Assembly: GCA_039931265.1 (NCBI GenBank)
Contig: JBDTSG010000001.1
Coordinates: 4,521-68,520, forward strand
DNA: 64,000 bases
Direction of reading: 5' to 3'
Origin: Flavobacteriales bacterium
GTDB lineage: Bacteria; Bacteroidota; Bacteroidia; Flavobacteriales_F; PHOS-HE28
The notes under the pieces were generated by a model. It was not told where the DNA came from. It saw nothing but the letters and a program-made list of their open reading frames with translations, and did not search any database. Below, in pieces: positions 20,211-29,565 of this stretch. Position 1 is the first letter of the stretch. Each line of letters opens with the position of its first letter. The translations under genes were made by a program, and so were the position numbers.

Positions 20211-22808
20211 TCACTCCGCAAGGAAGGCCTGCACCCATTGCCTGCCGTCCTGCAGCAAGCGCAATGCATACAATCCTTCCGACAGACCAGGCAGTGCGAT
20301 AACGCGCTGCGTTGAACCTCCTCCCAAGGTGCCCTGCACCATCACCTTTCCTTCCGCATCCAGCACTTCAAAACGGAAGTCCGCACCGCTTGCCGTTGTC
20401 GGAAGCTGCACGGTGAGGTAACCCGTGGTTGGCGACGGCCAGATGAGAATATCGCGCCTACCGGGTTGTTCCTGGATCCCGATGTTACCGAAGTAAAGTG
20501 TGTCGCTGATGGCGGTGCAGCCGTTCGCGTCGCTCACCTGCACTTGATAGTTGCCGTTCACCAGAACTTCGAGGTCTTGGTCCGTGGCTGACGTGATCGC
20601 GGTTCCTTCATAGAACCACTGGTATCCTGCGGCAGGTGTGGAAGTCAGGACGGTACCGTTCACAGTAATGTCGGGAACCGCGGGCAGCGGCAGCACAATG
20701 AACTCCAACGTGTCGCTATGTCCCGTACAGCCGCTTCCGTAGGTGACCTGCAGGCTCAACTGCCCCGATGTGCTCTGGTAAAGCTGCGCATCCGTTCCGC
20801 CATTGCTCCATGTGTACAGATCCACACCGGGCGGGCCGCTCACCACCACGCTATCCCCCATGCAGAATGCGGTATCGGCCGTGAGCTCAATGTTGCTCCC
20901 TGAGACTGCTGCGAACGCATCCACTTTGCCATGGCCCCATGCGTTGTTCGGCACAACACCCGTGAATTGATCGGTGTAAGCACTGCCGTTGATCGCGGCG
21001 ATCACCTCGGTATGGGTGGCCAACGAGCACTTTTCGAAATACAACGCTGCTGTACCCGCTACAACGGGGCTGGCCATGCTGGTGCCGGCATTGCGCATGT
21101 GCAGGCTGTCCTGGTGCACCTTCCACACGTTGGTGGGCTGGAGCAGCATGGCCGCCATGGTGCTCAACGGACCCGGGCTCATGGTGTAAGCACCGGTGGC
21201 ACTCAGATCGGGTTTCAGGTACCCCGTGCGTGTCGGCCCCTTACTACTGCTGGTGGCAAGCACGCCTTCAACCGGGGTAACGAAAACAGTGTCCTGGTTC
21301 GCGCCGATGTACCACATCTCGTTCATGTAGTTGGCAACCGTAAGGGTGTGCGGACTGCAAGCCCAACTGTCCACGACATGCTGATCGTTGTCGGGCAGTA
21401 TATAGTGCACAATGCTCGGCAGTGTCGATGCGCTCGGCAAGTTGGCGCTCACCTGGTAGCTCATCCAACCCGGCGCACCCACGCACCAACCATCGTGCAT
21501 TCCGGGGCCCGTGGTCATGAAGCGCCAGTTGAGGTCCGCGCTGTCCGGTGCCTCCATGTGCACTTCCAAATGGTACTGGCCTCCTCGTTGCTCCACGAAG
21601 AAATCAACGGTACCCAGCAGGTCCCCGTTGCTGTTCTCGATCGCATCGGTGAAGGTCATACCAACGTTGCTCAGCACATCGTGGAACGGTGAACTCCCCC
21701 GATCCGCGAAACTCAGCGTATCGAGGTTGGCGCCGAGCGCGTAATGCAGGTTCACCATTTGTGCGCTATCGCCCCACAGATCGAAGTAAACGGCAGGGTA
21801 GCCGAGGAAACTCTGCGGGTTGAGACGGTACCATGTGAAAGCCGTGTCAGCATCGCTCACGGTACGGGTGTGGTAGCCCGGCCAATCGCCACTGTTGCCT
21901 GCGGCGCATACCAGCATGCGCCCGGGCTCGGCATTGAGCATATCATCGATGAGCAACGCGGCCGCATCGAGGCCATCGTGACTTCCCAAGTAACTGCCAG
22001 CGCTCAAGTTCACCACAGCGGGCTGGCCCATGCTCTGCGCGTAATTGAAGATGTACTCCACACCATCCACCACCGTGCTGGGCCAGTCGGTCGCATTGAA
22101 ATTGCTGCTCACCACAACGATGTCCGCATCAGGCGCCACGCCTTTGCAGTTGCCGGTGAGCGAACCATCGCCTGCCGCTGCGCCCGTTACCGTGCTACCG
22201 TGGCCGAACGTGCCGGGTTGGTCGCTGGCGGGGCATTGCAGGGCATTGATCATGGTGCTGTCCCACTGCTGGCCGTAGTTGTACGGTTGCGGGGTCAGCA
22301 CCGCGTCGAACGCGTAGGTCTGTCCCCAGAACTTCATGATCCGAGCATCGCCGTTCGCATCCTGGAAATCGCCGTGGCGCCAATCGCAACCCTGATCGAT
22401 CACGCCCATCACAACGCCATCACCGGTATAACCTTGTGTAAGCGGCGCAACGCCCTGCTGTACCGGGTTCACGCGGTTGTGTACGCGCATGCTGTCGTTC
22501 ATGGCCACGCCCGGAAAGAGCGTGAACTCAATGCACTTCACCGCAGCATCCGCCGCCAGCTCGGCAACGTTGTCGGCCGGCACACGCACGTTCATGATGC
22601 CCTGCATCCTTTGTTTAACTGTTCCCCCCGCGCGCAGCACCGCACTGCCCAATGCCCCATCATCGCCGCGCAGGAACAGATCCACCATGGTGCCGGTGCC
22701 CTGCACGCGCTTCAGATGCGTGCGCAATTGCACGTTCATCTTCTGCGGCACTTGCGCAATGCAGGATGCAGCGAGAACGATCGAGAGGGCGAGCAGGAAA
22801 TGGCGCAT
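20211..22808 (-). CDS. S8 subtilisin-like serine peptidase with T9SS type A sorting domain
   Basis: Triad VIDQG / GHGS.VTG / GTSMASP, oxyanion AAGN, KPDL; C-terminal IWPSP...GLY.LRL. Confidence 0.93.
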   Translation of the reverse strand: MRHFLLALSIVLAASCIAQVPQKMNVQLRTHLKRVQGTGTMVDLFLRGDDGALGSAVLRAGGTVKQRMQGIMNVRVPADNVAELAADAAVKCIEFTLFPGVAMNDSMRVHNRVNPVQQGVAPLTQGYTGDGVVMGVIDQGCDWRHGDFQDANGDARIMKFWGQTYAFDAVLTPQPYNYGQQWDSTMINALQCPASDQPGTFGHGSTVTGAAAGDGSLTGNCKGVAPDADIVVVSSNFNATDWPSTVVDGVEYIFNYAQSMGQPAVVNLSAGSYLGSHDGLDAAALLIDDMLNAEPGRMLVCAAGNSGDWPGYHTRTVSDADTAFTWYRLNPQSFLGYPAVYFDLWGDSAQMVNLHYALGANLDTLSFADRGSSPFHDVLSNVGMTFTDAIENSNGDLLGTVDFFVEQRGGQYHLEVHMEAPDSADLNWRFMTTGPGMHDGWCVGAPGWMSYQVSANLPSASTLPSIVHYILPDNDQHVVDSWACSPHTLTVANYMNEMWYIGANQDTVFVTPVEGVLATSSSKGPTRTGYLKPDLSATGAYTMSPGPLSTMAAMLLQPTNVWKVHQDSLHMRNAGTSMASPVVAGTAALYFEKCSLATHTEVIAAINGSAYTDQFTGVVPNNAWGHGKVDAFAAVSGSNIELTADTAFCMGDSVVVSGPPGVDLYTWSNGGTDAQLYQSTSGQLSLQVTYGSGCTGHSDTLEFIVLPLPAVPDITVNGTVLTSTPAAGYQWFYEGTAITSATDQDLEVLVNGNYQVQVSDANGCTAISDTLYFGNIGIQEQPGRRDILIWPSPTTGYLTVQLPTTASGADFRFEVLDAEGKVMVQGTLGGGSTQRVIALPGLSEGLYALRLLQDGRQWVQAFLAE

Positions 22809-22862
22809 GCGTTGGGCGGTACACGGTCTGCGGGCATAACCGGCGTGTACGGCCCCGCGAAG

Positions 22863-23342
22863 TTAGCCCTGCGCCAAAGCGGCCATCATCTCGTGGTAAG
22901 TCGGTATCAACGGGGCGCTCTTGACTTCTCCCGATGCGTGGTTCACCATGAAGCAGTAGTGCTTCATGCCATTGGTCAGCAGCAGCCAGCGGACTTTGAA
23001 CACGATGTTGTAGCGCGTGGCCTGTTCGAACGTGCCTTGGTCGATGCGGACATTGGGCGCCTTGCACTCCACCAAGGCCAACGGCTTGCCCCGATCATCG
23101 TGTACAACAATGTCGGCGCGCTTGCTCAACGCGTTGAGGGTGAGTTCCTGCTCGGTACGGATAAGGCCCAGCGGGCATTTCCTGTCGTGTACCATGTAGT
23201 TGAGAAAGTGCTGCCGTACGAATTCCTCAGGGGTGTACGCCACCCAGATGCGGCGGCTGGGGTCGAAGATCCGAGGCCCCTCAACGGTACTTCTACATTT
23301 GATCCCGAAGTCGGGCAGGTTCAACCGCTGTTCCGCTGACAC
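22863..23342 (-). CDS. Stand-alone HsdR N-terminal-like (HSDR_N_2) domain protein
   Basis: TPEEFVRQ, RADIVV, VECKAP, Q..RYN and LTNG PD-(D/E)xK-like motifs. Confidence 0.88.
   Translation of the reverse strand: MSAEQRLNLPDFGIKCRSTVEGPRIFDPSRRIWVAYTPEEFVRQHFLNYMVHDRKCPLGLIRTEQELTLNALSKRADIVVHDDRGKPLALVECKAPNVRIDQGTFEQATRYNIVFKVRWLLLTNGMKHYCFMVNHASGEVKSAPLIPTYHEMMAALAQG
23294..23301 (+). promoter_or_regulatory. Candidate Bacteroidota -7 promoter box for amn-holA
   Basis: TACATTTG matches TAnnTTTG about 60 nt upstream of the amn start. Confidence 0.5.
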
Positions 23343-23358
23343 GAAGCAAACCTATCAC

Positions 23359-24132
23359 GTGCGCAACAAGGAAGAGATCGTCAACAACTGGCTGCCCCGG
23401 TATACGGGTGTGCCGCTGAAGGAATTCAAGCCGCATGTGCTGCTCACCAACTTCGATGGGTACCTCGACATTTTCTGCCAGCAGACCGGTGCGGTGATCA
23501 AGGACCTGCACAAGAGCATGCGTGTGGCCGTTGGCGAGGACATGTGCATGGTGAACTTCGGCATGGGCAGCGCCAACGCGGCCACCGTTATGGACCTCCT
23601 GAGCGCCGTGGATCCCAAGGCCGTGCTTTTCCTTGGCAAGTGCGGTGGTTTGAAGAAGAAGAACCAACTGGGCGATCTCATCCTGCCCATCGCCGCCATC
23701 CGGGGCGAAGGGACCAGCAACGATTACTTCCCACCGGAAGTACCCGCCCTCCCGAGCTTCATGATACACCGCGCCGTGAGCAGCGTTACGCGCGATCACG
23801 ATCTGGACTATTGGAGCGGCACCGTGTACACCACGAACCGGCGCGTATGGGAGCACGACGAAGCGTTCAAGGAGCGGCTGCGTGTGATGCGTTGCATGGC
23901 CATCGACATGGAAACGGCCACGCTCTTCATGACCGGATTCGCCAACAGCATACCCACCGGCGCGTTGTTACTGGTGAGCGACCAACCCATGGTGCCATGG
24001 GGCGTGAAGACCGACCTAAGCGATGCACAGGTAACGGGCACCTTCGTTGAAACGCACGTGCGCGTGGGCATAGCGAGCCTGCGCGAGATCATCAATGAAG
24101 GCCGCAGCGTGAAGCACCTCCGTTTCGAATGA
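23359..24132 (+). CDS. amn: AMP nucleosidase (Bacteroidota short form)
   Basis: NWLPRYTG, LLTNF, NFGMGSANAA, FLGKCGG, AIRGEGTS and AIDMET motifs; GTG start inferred. Confidence 0.92.
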   Translation: MRNKEEIVNNWLPRYTGVPLKEFKPHVLLTNFDGYLDIFCQQTGAVIKDLHKSMRVAVGEDMCMVNFGMGSANAATVMDLLSAVDPKAVLFLGKCGGLKKKNQLGDLILPIAAIRGEGTSNDYFPPEVPALPSFMIHRAVSSVTRDHDLDYWSGTVYTTNRRVWEHDEAFKERLRVMRCMAIDMETATLFMTGFANSIPTGALLLVSDQPMVPWGVKTDLSDAQVTGTFVETHVRVGIASLREIINEGRSVKHLRFE

Positions 24133-25145
24133 GCACCTTGGACGGATACAAGGCCGTGATGAAGGACGTGCAGGTGGGCAAGTTCAAGCCACTGTACGTT
24201 TTGCACGGAGAGGAGGGCTACTTCATCGATCGTGTAAGCAAGGAGATCGAGGAGCGTGCCTTGCAGGAACACGAGCGGGACTTCAACCTAACGGTGCTCT
24301 ATGGACGCGATTGTGATGCGGACCAAGTGAAGGACACTTGCTTGCGCTACCCGATGATGGCTGAACGCCAAGTGGTGGTGGTGCGCGAAGCCCAGAGCTG
24401 GCGGCCTGACCAATGGGAGAAGCTGGAATCGTACGCCAACAAACCCACCCCCACCACCGTGCTGGTGATCGGCCACAAACACAAGAAGCTCGATGGCCGG
24501 AAAGGATTCGCAAAGGCCGCAGCGAAAACGGGCGTGGTCTTCCACAGCGAGCCACTGAAGGACCACGAACTGCCGAAGTGGATCCAGGCCTACGTTACCC
24601 ACCACAAGCGGAAGATCGGGCAAAGCGAAGCCATACTCTTGGCCGAGCACCTTGGAAGCGATCTCGGCAAAACGGCCATGGAAGTCGAGAAGTTGGCGCT
24701 CGTTACACAGGAAGGCGCGAACATTACGGCGGACACCATCCAGCGGTACGTGGGTATCAGCAAGGAGTACAACATCTTCGAGCTGCAGAAGGCGATCGGC
24801 GCACGCGACCATTTGAAAGCGCAGCGCATCGCGCACTATTTCGCGAGCGACCCCAAGGATCATCCACTGGTACTGACGGTCGGGTTGCTCAACGGCTGGT
24901 TCAGCAAGGTGGCCATGGTACACGGCCTTGCAGGGCGCCCCGATGGTGAAGTCGCGGCCACGTTGAAGATCCCGCCTTTCTTCGTGAAGGAGTATGCACA
25001 GGCCGCCCAGAATTTCTCCAAGGGATCCGTGGTGAAGGCGCAAACCATCCTGCGCGACACGGACCTGCGCAGCAAGGGCATCGGCAGCGCCACGGCAGAC
25101 GATGGTGAACTGTTGCGCGAGGCGATCGCGAGGATCCTCAGCTGA
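24129..25145 (+). CDS. holA: DNA polymerase III subunit delta
   Basis: YVLHGEE.YFID, FNL.VLYG, YPMMAE.QVV and GISKEYNIFEL motifs. Confidence 0.93.
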   Translation: MSTLDGYKAVMKDVQVGKFKPLYVLHGEEGYFIDRVSKEIEERALQEHERDFNLTVLYGRDCDADQVKDTCLRYPMMAERQVVVVREAQSWRPDQWEKLESYANKPTPTTVLVIGHKHKKLDGRKGFAKAAAKTGVVFHSEPLKDHELPKWIQAYVTHHKRKIGQSEAILLAEHLGSDLGKTAMEVEKLALVTQEGANITADTIQRYVGISKEYNIFELQKAIGARDHLKAQRIAHYFASDPKDHPLVLTVGLLNGWFSKVAMVHGLAGRPDGEVAATLKIPPFFVKEYAQAAQNFSKGSVVKAQTILRDTDLRSKGIGSATADDGELLREAIARILS

Positions 25146-25223
25146 GCCACGGCCTTAACAGTTAGTGGCAACTTCGGCCAGCATCCGGCCGCCACCCAAG
25201 CGTTATTTGCAACAGCATCCTGC

Positions 25224-25244
25224 GGGCGGAAGATCTTCCGTCCC
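25224..25244. repeat. REP-like palindrome, copy 1
   Basis: gggcggaagatcttccgtccc, near-identical to 42544-42563. Confidence 0.75.
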
Positions 25245-25254
25245 AACCACTCAT

Positions 25255-25938
25255 ATGAGCGCCACCCAAAGCAAACTCTGGTATCTGGAGAAGATCGATC
25301 TGCTGAAAGGCCTGCGCGCGGATGAACTGCAAAAGGTGGCGGACCGTACCACGGTGGGCCACGCCCACAAGGATGAGCACATCTATTTCCCGGATCAACC
25401 GAGCAGCATCGTGTTCTTCCTGAAGCGGGGCCGCGTGAAGATCGCCACGATGGGTGAGGATGGAAAGGAAGTGATCAAGGCGGTCTTGTATCCGGGTGAA
25501 GTGTTCGGCGAACTCGGCGCGGCCGGTGAGGACAAGCGCAGGGACCATGCCGTGGCCTTGGACGATGACGTGATGATCTGCGCGATGAACGTGCCCGATG
25601 TGCATGAGATGATGCGCGACAACCCGAATTTGAACATGGCCATGGCACGGCTCATCGGCGAACGGGTCATCAGCGTTGAACGCCGTTTGGAAGGCCTGAT
25701 CTTCAAGGACAGCCGGTCGCGCATCATCGACTTCCTGAAGGAGATGGCCATGAAGCACGGCACACAAGTGGGCCACGAAACACTTTTGAAGCACGCGCTC
25801 ACGCACCAGGACATCGCCGATCTCACGGCGACCAGCCGCCAAACCGTGACCACCGTTTTGAACGATCTCCGGAAGAAAGACATGGCTTACCTGGAACGGG
25901 GAAAGCTCCTTATCCGTGACCTGAACACACTGAAATGA
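25255..25938 (+). CDS. Crp/Fnr family transcriptional regulator
   Basis: cNMP-fold G.VKI and GEVFGE, C-terminal HTH LTHQDIADLTATSRQTVT. Confidence 0.95.
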   Translation: MSATQSKLWYLEKIDLLKGLRADELQKVADRTTVGHAHKDEHIYFPDQPSSIVFFLKRGRVKIATMGEDGKEVIKAVLYPGEVFGELGAAGEDKRRDHAVALDDDVMICAMNVPDVHEMMRDNPNLNMAMARLIGERVISVERRLEGLIFKDSRSRIIDFLKEMAMKHGTQVGHETLLKHALTHQDIADLTATSRQTVTTVLNDLRKKDMAYLERGKLLIRDLNTLK

Positions 25939-26159
25939 ACTTGGTCCTCTATGTGCGCGAGGATTGCCACGATTGCGGCAAGGTGATCGCCCATATCAAC
26001 GCGAACAATAGCGACGTGGTCGTTGACGATATCGATCATCCCCTCGACCCGAATGCGCCCAAGCTCTTCGCCGCGCCGGCGTTGTGCTCCGATGGGGAGT
26101 TGCTGGCTTATGGCTTGGACATCATTGCGCTTCTCGAGCGGATCGACCGCGTGCGGTAG
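25935..26159 (+). CDS. Small glutaredoxin-like CxxC protein
   Basis: LYVREDCHDC N-terminal motif and AAPAL..DG; ATGA overlap with the Crp stop. Confidence 0.65.
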   Translation: MNLVLYVREDCHDCGKVIAHINANNSDVVVDDIDHPLDPNAPKLFAAPALCSDGELLAYGLDIIALLERIDRVR

Positions 26160-26172
26160 ATCCTTGGCAATA

Positions 26173-26198
26173 AGCAAGGGGCCTTCCGGCCCCTTGCT
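26173..26198. terminator. Hairpin, possible terminator
   Basis: agcaaggggcc-ttcc-ggccccttgct perfect 11-bp stem; weak T tract. Confidence 0.55.
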
Positions 26199-26370
26199 CC
26201 TCGACCGGTCGCGCCCGCTCTTTGTATCAAAGCCACGGATGCAGCGGGCTCCGCGTCATCGCGATGCGATGCACCGGAAGGAACGCTACCGTGGGGTCAA
26301 CTCTTGCTCACACGTTGTTAACGTGGTATCGCACCGCTCCTAACTTGCACCACCTGCTCCAGGATCCCTC

Positions 26371-29124
26371 ATGAAGATGAAGCATCGTTCCTACGCATTG
26401 TTGCTACCAATGCTGCTGGCGGTCAGCGCGCGTGCCCAAGTAGTCGTGAACGAAGTAAGCGCCAGCAACCTGGCCACCGTGGCCGACAACTTCGGCGACT
26501 ACGACGACTGGGTGGAACTGTACAATACCACGGCGGCCCCTTATGACATCAGCGGCTGGTGGTTGAGCGACAACCCGAACACGCCCATGAAGTGGGCGCT
26601 CCCGGCCGGAACGATCGTTGGTGCCAATGCCCGGCTGATCATTTGGTGCAGCGGTCGTAACATTTCCGCTCCCGCCCTGCACACCAATTTCAAACTGAAC
26701 CAGACGAGCCAGGAATGGGTGGTGCTCAGCAACCCGGGTGGCACGGTGATCGACGATTTCCAATTGGCCCAACCGACCAAGGAGGATGACAGTTGGGGCC
26801 GCACCACGGACGGTGCCGCCACATGGAGCATTTTCACAACGCCCACGCCTACAACTGCGAACGCCGGGTCCGGTGCGTACTACGCGAACAAACCAGTGCT
26901 TAACCCTGCGGCCGGTTTCTACGCCGGTTCGCAGAACGTGAGCATCGCCCCCGTGGCCGGTAGCGATGTGCGGTACACCACCAACGGCACACTGCCCACC
27001 GCTACGAGCACGCTTTATTCCGGCCCCATCGCCGTTGGCGCCACCACGGTGATCCGCGCTGCAGCCTTCCCCACCGCTCCCGGGGTTCCGAGCAGCATGG
27101 TGGAAACGAACACCTACTTCATCAACAGCCCGCACACGGTTGCCGTGCTCAGCATCGCTGGCAACGACTTGAACGATCTGCTGCAGAACGGCAACCAGAT
27201 AAAGCCGATCGGTTCCTTCGAGTACTTCGGCCCAGATGGGGTCTTGCGCGATGAAGCGGTGGGCGAGTTCAACGAGCACGGCCAGGACAGTTGGGCGTAT
27301 GACCAACGTGGCTTCGATTACATCGTACGCGATGAGACCGGCTACAACGATGCCATCCACTACCCCGTTTTCCGCACGAAGCCCAGAGACAAGTTCCAGC
27401 GGTTGATCGTGAAGGCGCTTGCTGGCGATAACGTGGCATATGGTCCTGGCCAACCCGCCCACATCCGCGATCCCTATGTGCACGCGCTGAGCCAGACGGG
27501 CGACCTGAACTTGGATGAACGCAGCTACGAAGCCGCCGTCCTGTACCTCAACGGCGACTACTGGGGCGTGTACGACATGCGCGAGAAGGTGGACGATCAC
27601 GACTTCACCAGCTACTACTACGATCAGGACGAGAACAACATCCAGTTCATCAAGACCTGGGGCGGCACGTGGAGCGAGTACGGCGGGGCACAAGCCCAAA
27701 CGGATTGGGATGCGTTGCGCACGTTCATCGCCAGCAACAACATGGGCACCGTAGCCAACTTCAACTACGTGGACAGCCTCTACAACTGGCACAGTCTCAT
27801 CGATTACTTCTGCCTGAACAGCTATACGGTTTGCGCCGACTGGTTGAACTGGAACACCGCGTGGTGGCGTGGCCTCAACCCCGCTGGTGACAAGAAGAAG
27901 TGGCGCTATGCGCTCTGGGACGAGGACGCCACGTTCGGGCACTACGGCAACTTCACCGGCATTCCGGATCAGACTGCGAACGCGGATCCCTGCACCGTGG
28001 AGAATCTTGGCGACCCCGGTGGTCAAGGGCACACTTTGATCCTGCAGAAGTTGATCACCGAGAACCCGATGGTGCACGATTACTACATCAATCGATACAT
28101 CGACTTGGGCAACACCGTCTTCAATTGCAGCAACATGTTGGCGCTGCTCGACAGCTTCGTTGCCATCATCGATCCCGAAATGCCCGCACAATGTGCCCGG
28201 TGGCCGAACACTTCATACACCGACTGGCAGGCGAACGTGCAGGTGATGCGCGATTTCATCACTACGCGCTGCGTGACGATTGAGACCGGATTGGTCGATT
28301 GCTATGACCTCAGTGGGCCCTATGATGTGGTCTTCGATGTGGATCCGCCGCTCAGTGGCTCGATCCAGGTGAACAGCCAGTCGCTGCCCTCGTACCCCTT
28401 CACCGGCACGTACTATGGTGGTATCACCACCACCCTCGCGCCGATCCCGGCAACCGGATGGATCTTCAGCCATTGGACCATTGCCAACGATACCATCAGC
28501 CCCAGCACGCTCGATTCCCTGGTGACCGTCGATTTCGATGTGCCTGATAGCGTGGTTGCGCACTTCGTTCCACCCATCCGGTACGATGTGTACGTGGATG
28601 TGGACCCGCGTACCGGCGGGTATGTGCAGCTGGGCAACACGATCATCACGCAGTTCCCGCACATCGAGAGCGTCCCCAGCAGTGTACCGATGACATTGAA
28701 GATCTACCCCGCGGAGTTCCACGATTGGTTGTACTGGGAGATCCTGCACAACCCGATCACCCCGGACGATACGCTGCTACAAGAGGTGAGCATCACTTTC
28801 ACCAGTACCGATACGATCATCGCGCACCTCGATCCGCAGCAGCACGCCTACTACCTGCCCAATGCGTTCACACCGAACGGCGATGGCATCAACGATGTTT
28901 GGTACCCGGGTCAGCAGGTCGTGGATGCCGAGACGTACGATCTCATGGTCTTCAACCGCTGGGGCGAGGTTGTGTATGCGAGCAAAGATCCGTTCGAAGG
29001 TTGGGATGGCAGCGCCGGCGGCAGCACAGCGCCCAATGGCGTCTACGTTTTCAAGGCACACGTAGTGGATGCGATCAGCAAGGAGGACTACGATTTCACC
29101 GGGCACGTAACAGTGTTCAGGTAA
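26371..29124 (+). CDS. CotH kinase-family protein with lamin-tail-like domain and T9SS type B (gliding motility-associated) C-terminal domain
   Basis: VVNEV.ASN / DWVELYN N-domain; YLNG.YWGVY..REK, DW..WN and W.YALWD.D CotH motifs; PNAFTPNGDG.ND...FNRWG CTD. Confidence 0.9.
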   Translation: MKMKHRSYALLLPMLLAVSARAQVVVNEVSASNLATVADNFGDYDDWVELYNTTAAPYDISGWWLSDNPNTPMKWALPAGTIVGANARLIIWCSGRNISAPALHTNFKLNQTSQEWVVLSNPGGTVIDDFQLAQPTKEDDSWGRTTDGAATWSIFTTPTPTTANAGSGAYYANKPVLNPAAGFYAGSQNVSIAPVAGSDVRYTTNGTLPTATSTLYSGPIAVGATTVIRAAAFPTAPGVPSSMVETNTYFINSPHTVAVLSIAGNDLNDLLQNGNQIKPIGSFEYFGPDGVLRDEAVGEFNEHGQDSWAYDQRGFDYIVRDETGYNDAIHYPVFRTKPRDKFQRLIVKALAGDNVAYGPGQPAHIRDPYVHALSQTGDLNLDERSYEAAVLYLNGDYWGVYDMREKVDDHDFTSYYYDQDENNIQFIKTWGGTWSEYGGAQAQTDWDALRTFIASNNMGTVANFNYVDSLYNWHSLIDYFCLNSYTVCADWLNWNTAWWRGLNPAGDKKKWRYALWDEDATFGHYGNFTGIPDQTANADPCTVENLGDPGGQGHTLILQKLITENPMVHDYYINRYIDLGNTVFNCSNMLALLDSFVAIIDPEMPAQCARWPNTSYTDWQANVQVMRDFITTRCVTIETGLVDCYDLSGPYDVVFDVDPPLSGSIQVNSQSLPSYPFTGTYYGGITTTLAPIPATGWIFSHWTIANDTISPSTLDSLVTVDFDVPDSVVAHFVPPIRYDVYVDVDPRTGGYVQLGNTIITQFPHIESVPSSVPMTLKIYPAEFHDWLYWEILHNPITPDDTLLQEVSITFTSTDTIIAHLDPQQHAYYLPNAFTPNGDGINDVWYPGQQVVDAETYDLMVFNRWGEVVYASKDPFEGWDGSAGGSTAPNGVYVFKAHVVDAISKEDYDFTGHVTVFR

Positions 29125-29142
29125 CACACGACCGATCCGATC

Positions 29143-29169
29143 GAACGCCCCGACTTGTTCGGGGCGTTC
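29143..29169. terminator. Hairpin between convergent genes
   Basis: gaacgccccga-cttgt-tcggggcgttc. Confidence 0.7.
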
Positions 29170-29197
29170 TTCATTTCAGGCCTTGTATACGTGGCGC

Positions 29198-29560
29198 TCA
29201 CCACAAGTCGCGCCCGAACAGCCGCAGCGTCATAACGGTGAAACCGATGTAAGTGCCATCGCGGCGTTCCTCCACCGGATAGGTCGCCGCGTTGCCACCA
29301 TCGTGTTGCTTGCCCCGACCTGTCACCAGATCATAGTGGTATAAGTGCCGGGGGCAAACGATGCAGCCTTCGTCTATCCTTCCTCCGGCGAGTGACTCCC
29401 CGTGGTGCGGGCACTTCTCCTCCAATGCATGGAGCGCTCCCTTCCAACGGACCAGTATCAGTTGCTTGCCGTTCACCGCACAGCGCATGGGCCTGCCCTC
29501 AGCAACAGGTGCCGATGTACCAGCGGGAAGTTTGCTCCAACGGATGCGGTCAACGAGCAT
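29198..29560 (-). CDS. Rieske 2Fe-2S ferredoxin-type protein
   Basis: CPH...CPRH ligand pair and YDL.TG. Confidence 0.88.
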   Translation of the reverse strand: MLVDRIRWSKLPAGTSAPVAEGRPMRCAVNGKQLILVRWKGALHALEEKCPHHGESLAGGRIDEGCIVCPRHLYHYDLVTGRGKQHDGGNAATYPVEERRDGTYIGFTVMTLRLFGRDLW

Positions 29561-29565
29561 GGGCT

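Noticed and set aside
22863-23342. HsdR-like gene as a restriction/defence system
   Set aside because: No hsdM, hsdS or helicase domain is present; the stand-alone domain beside amn/holA is an ordinary Bacteroidota arrangement.
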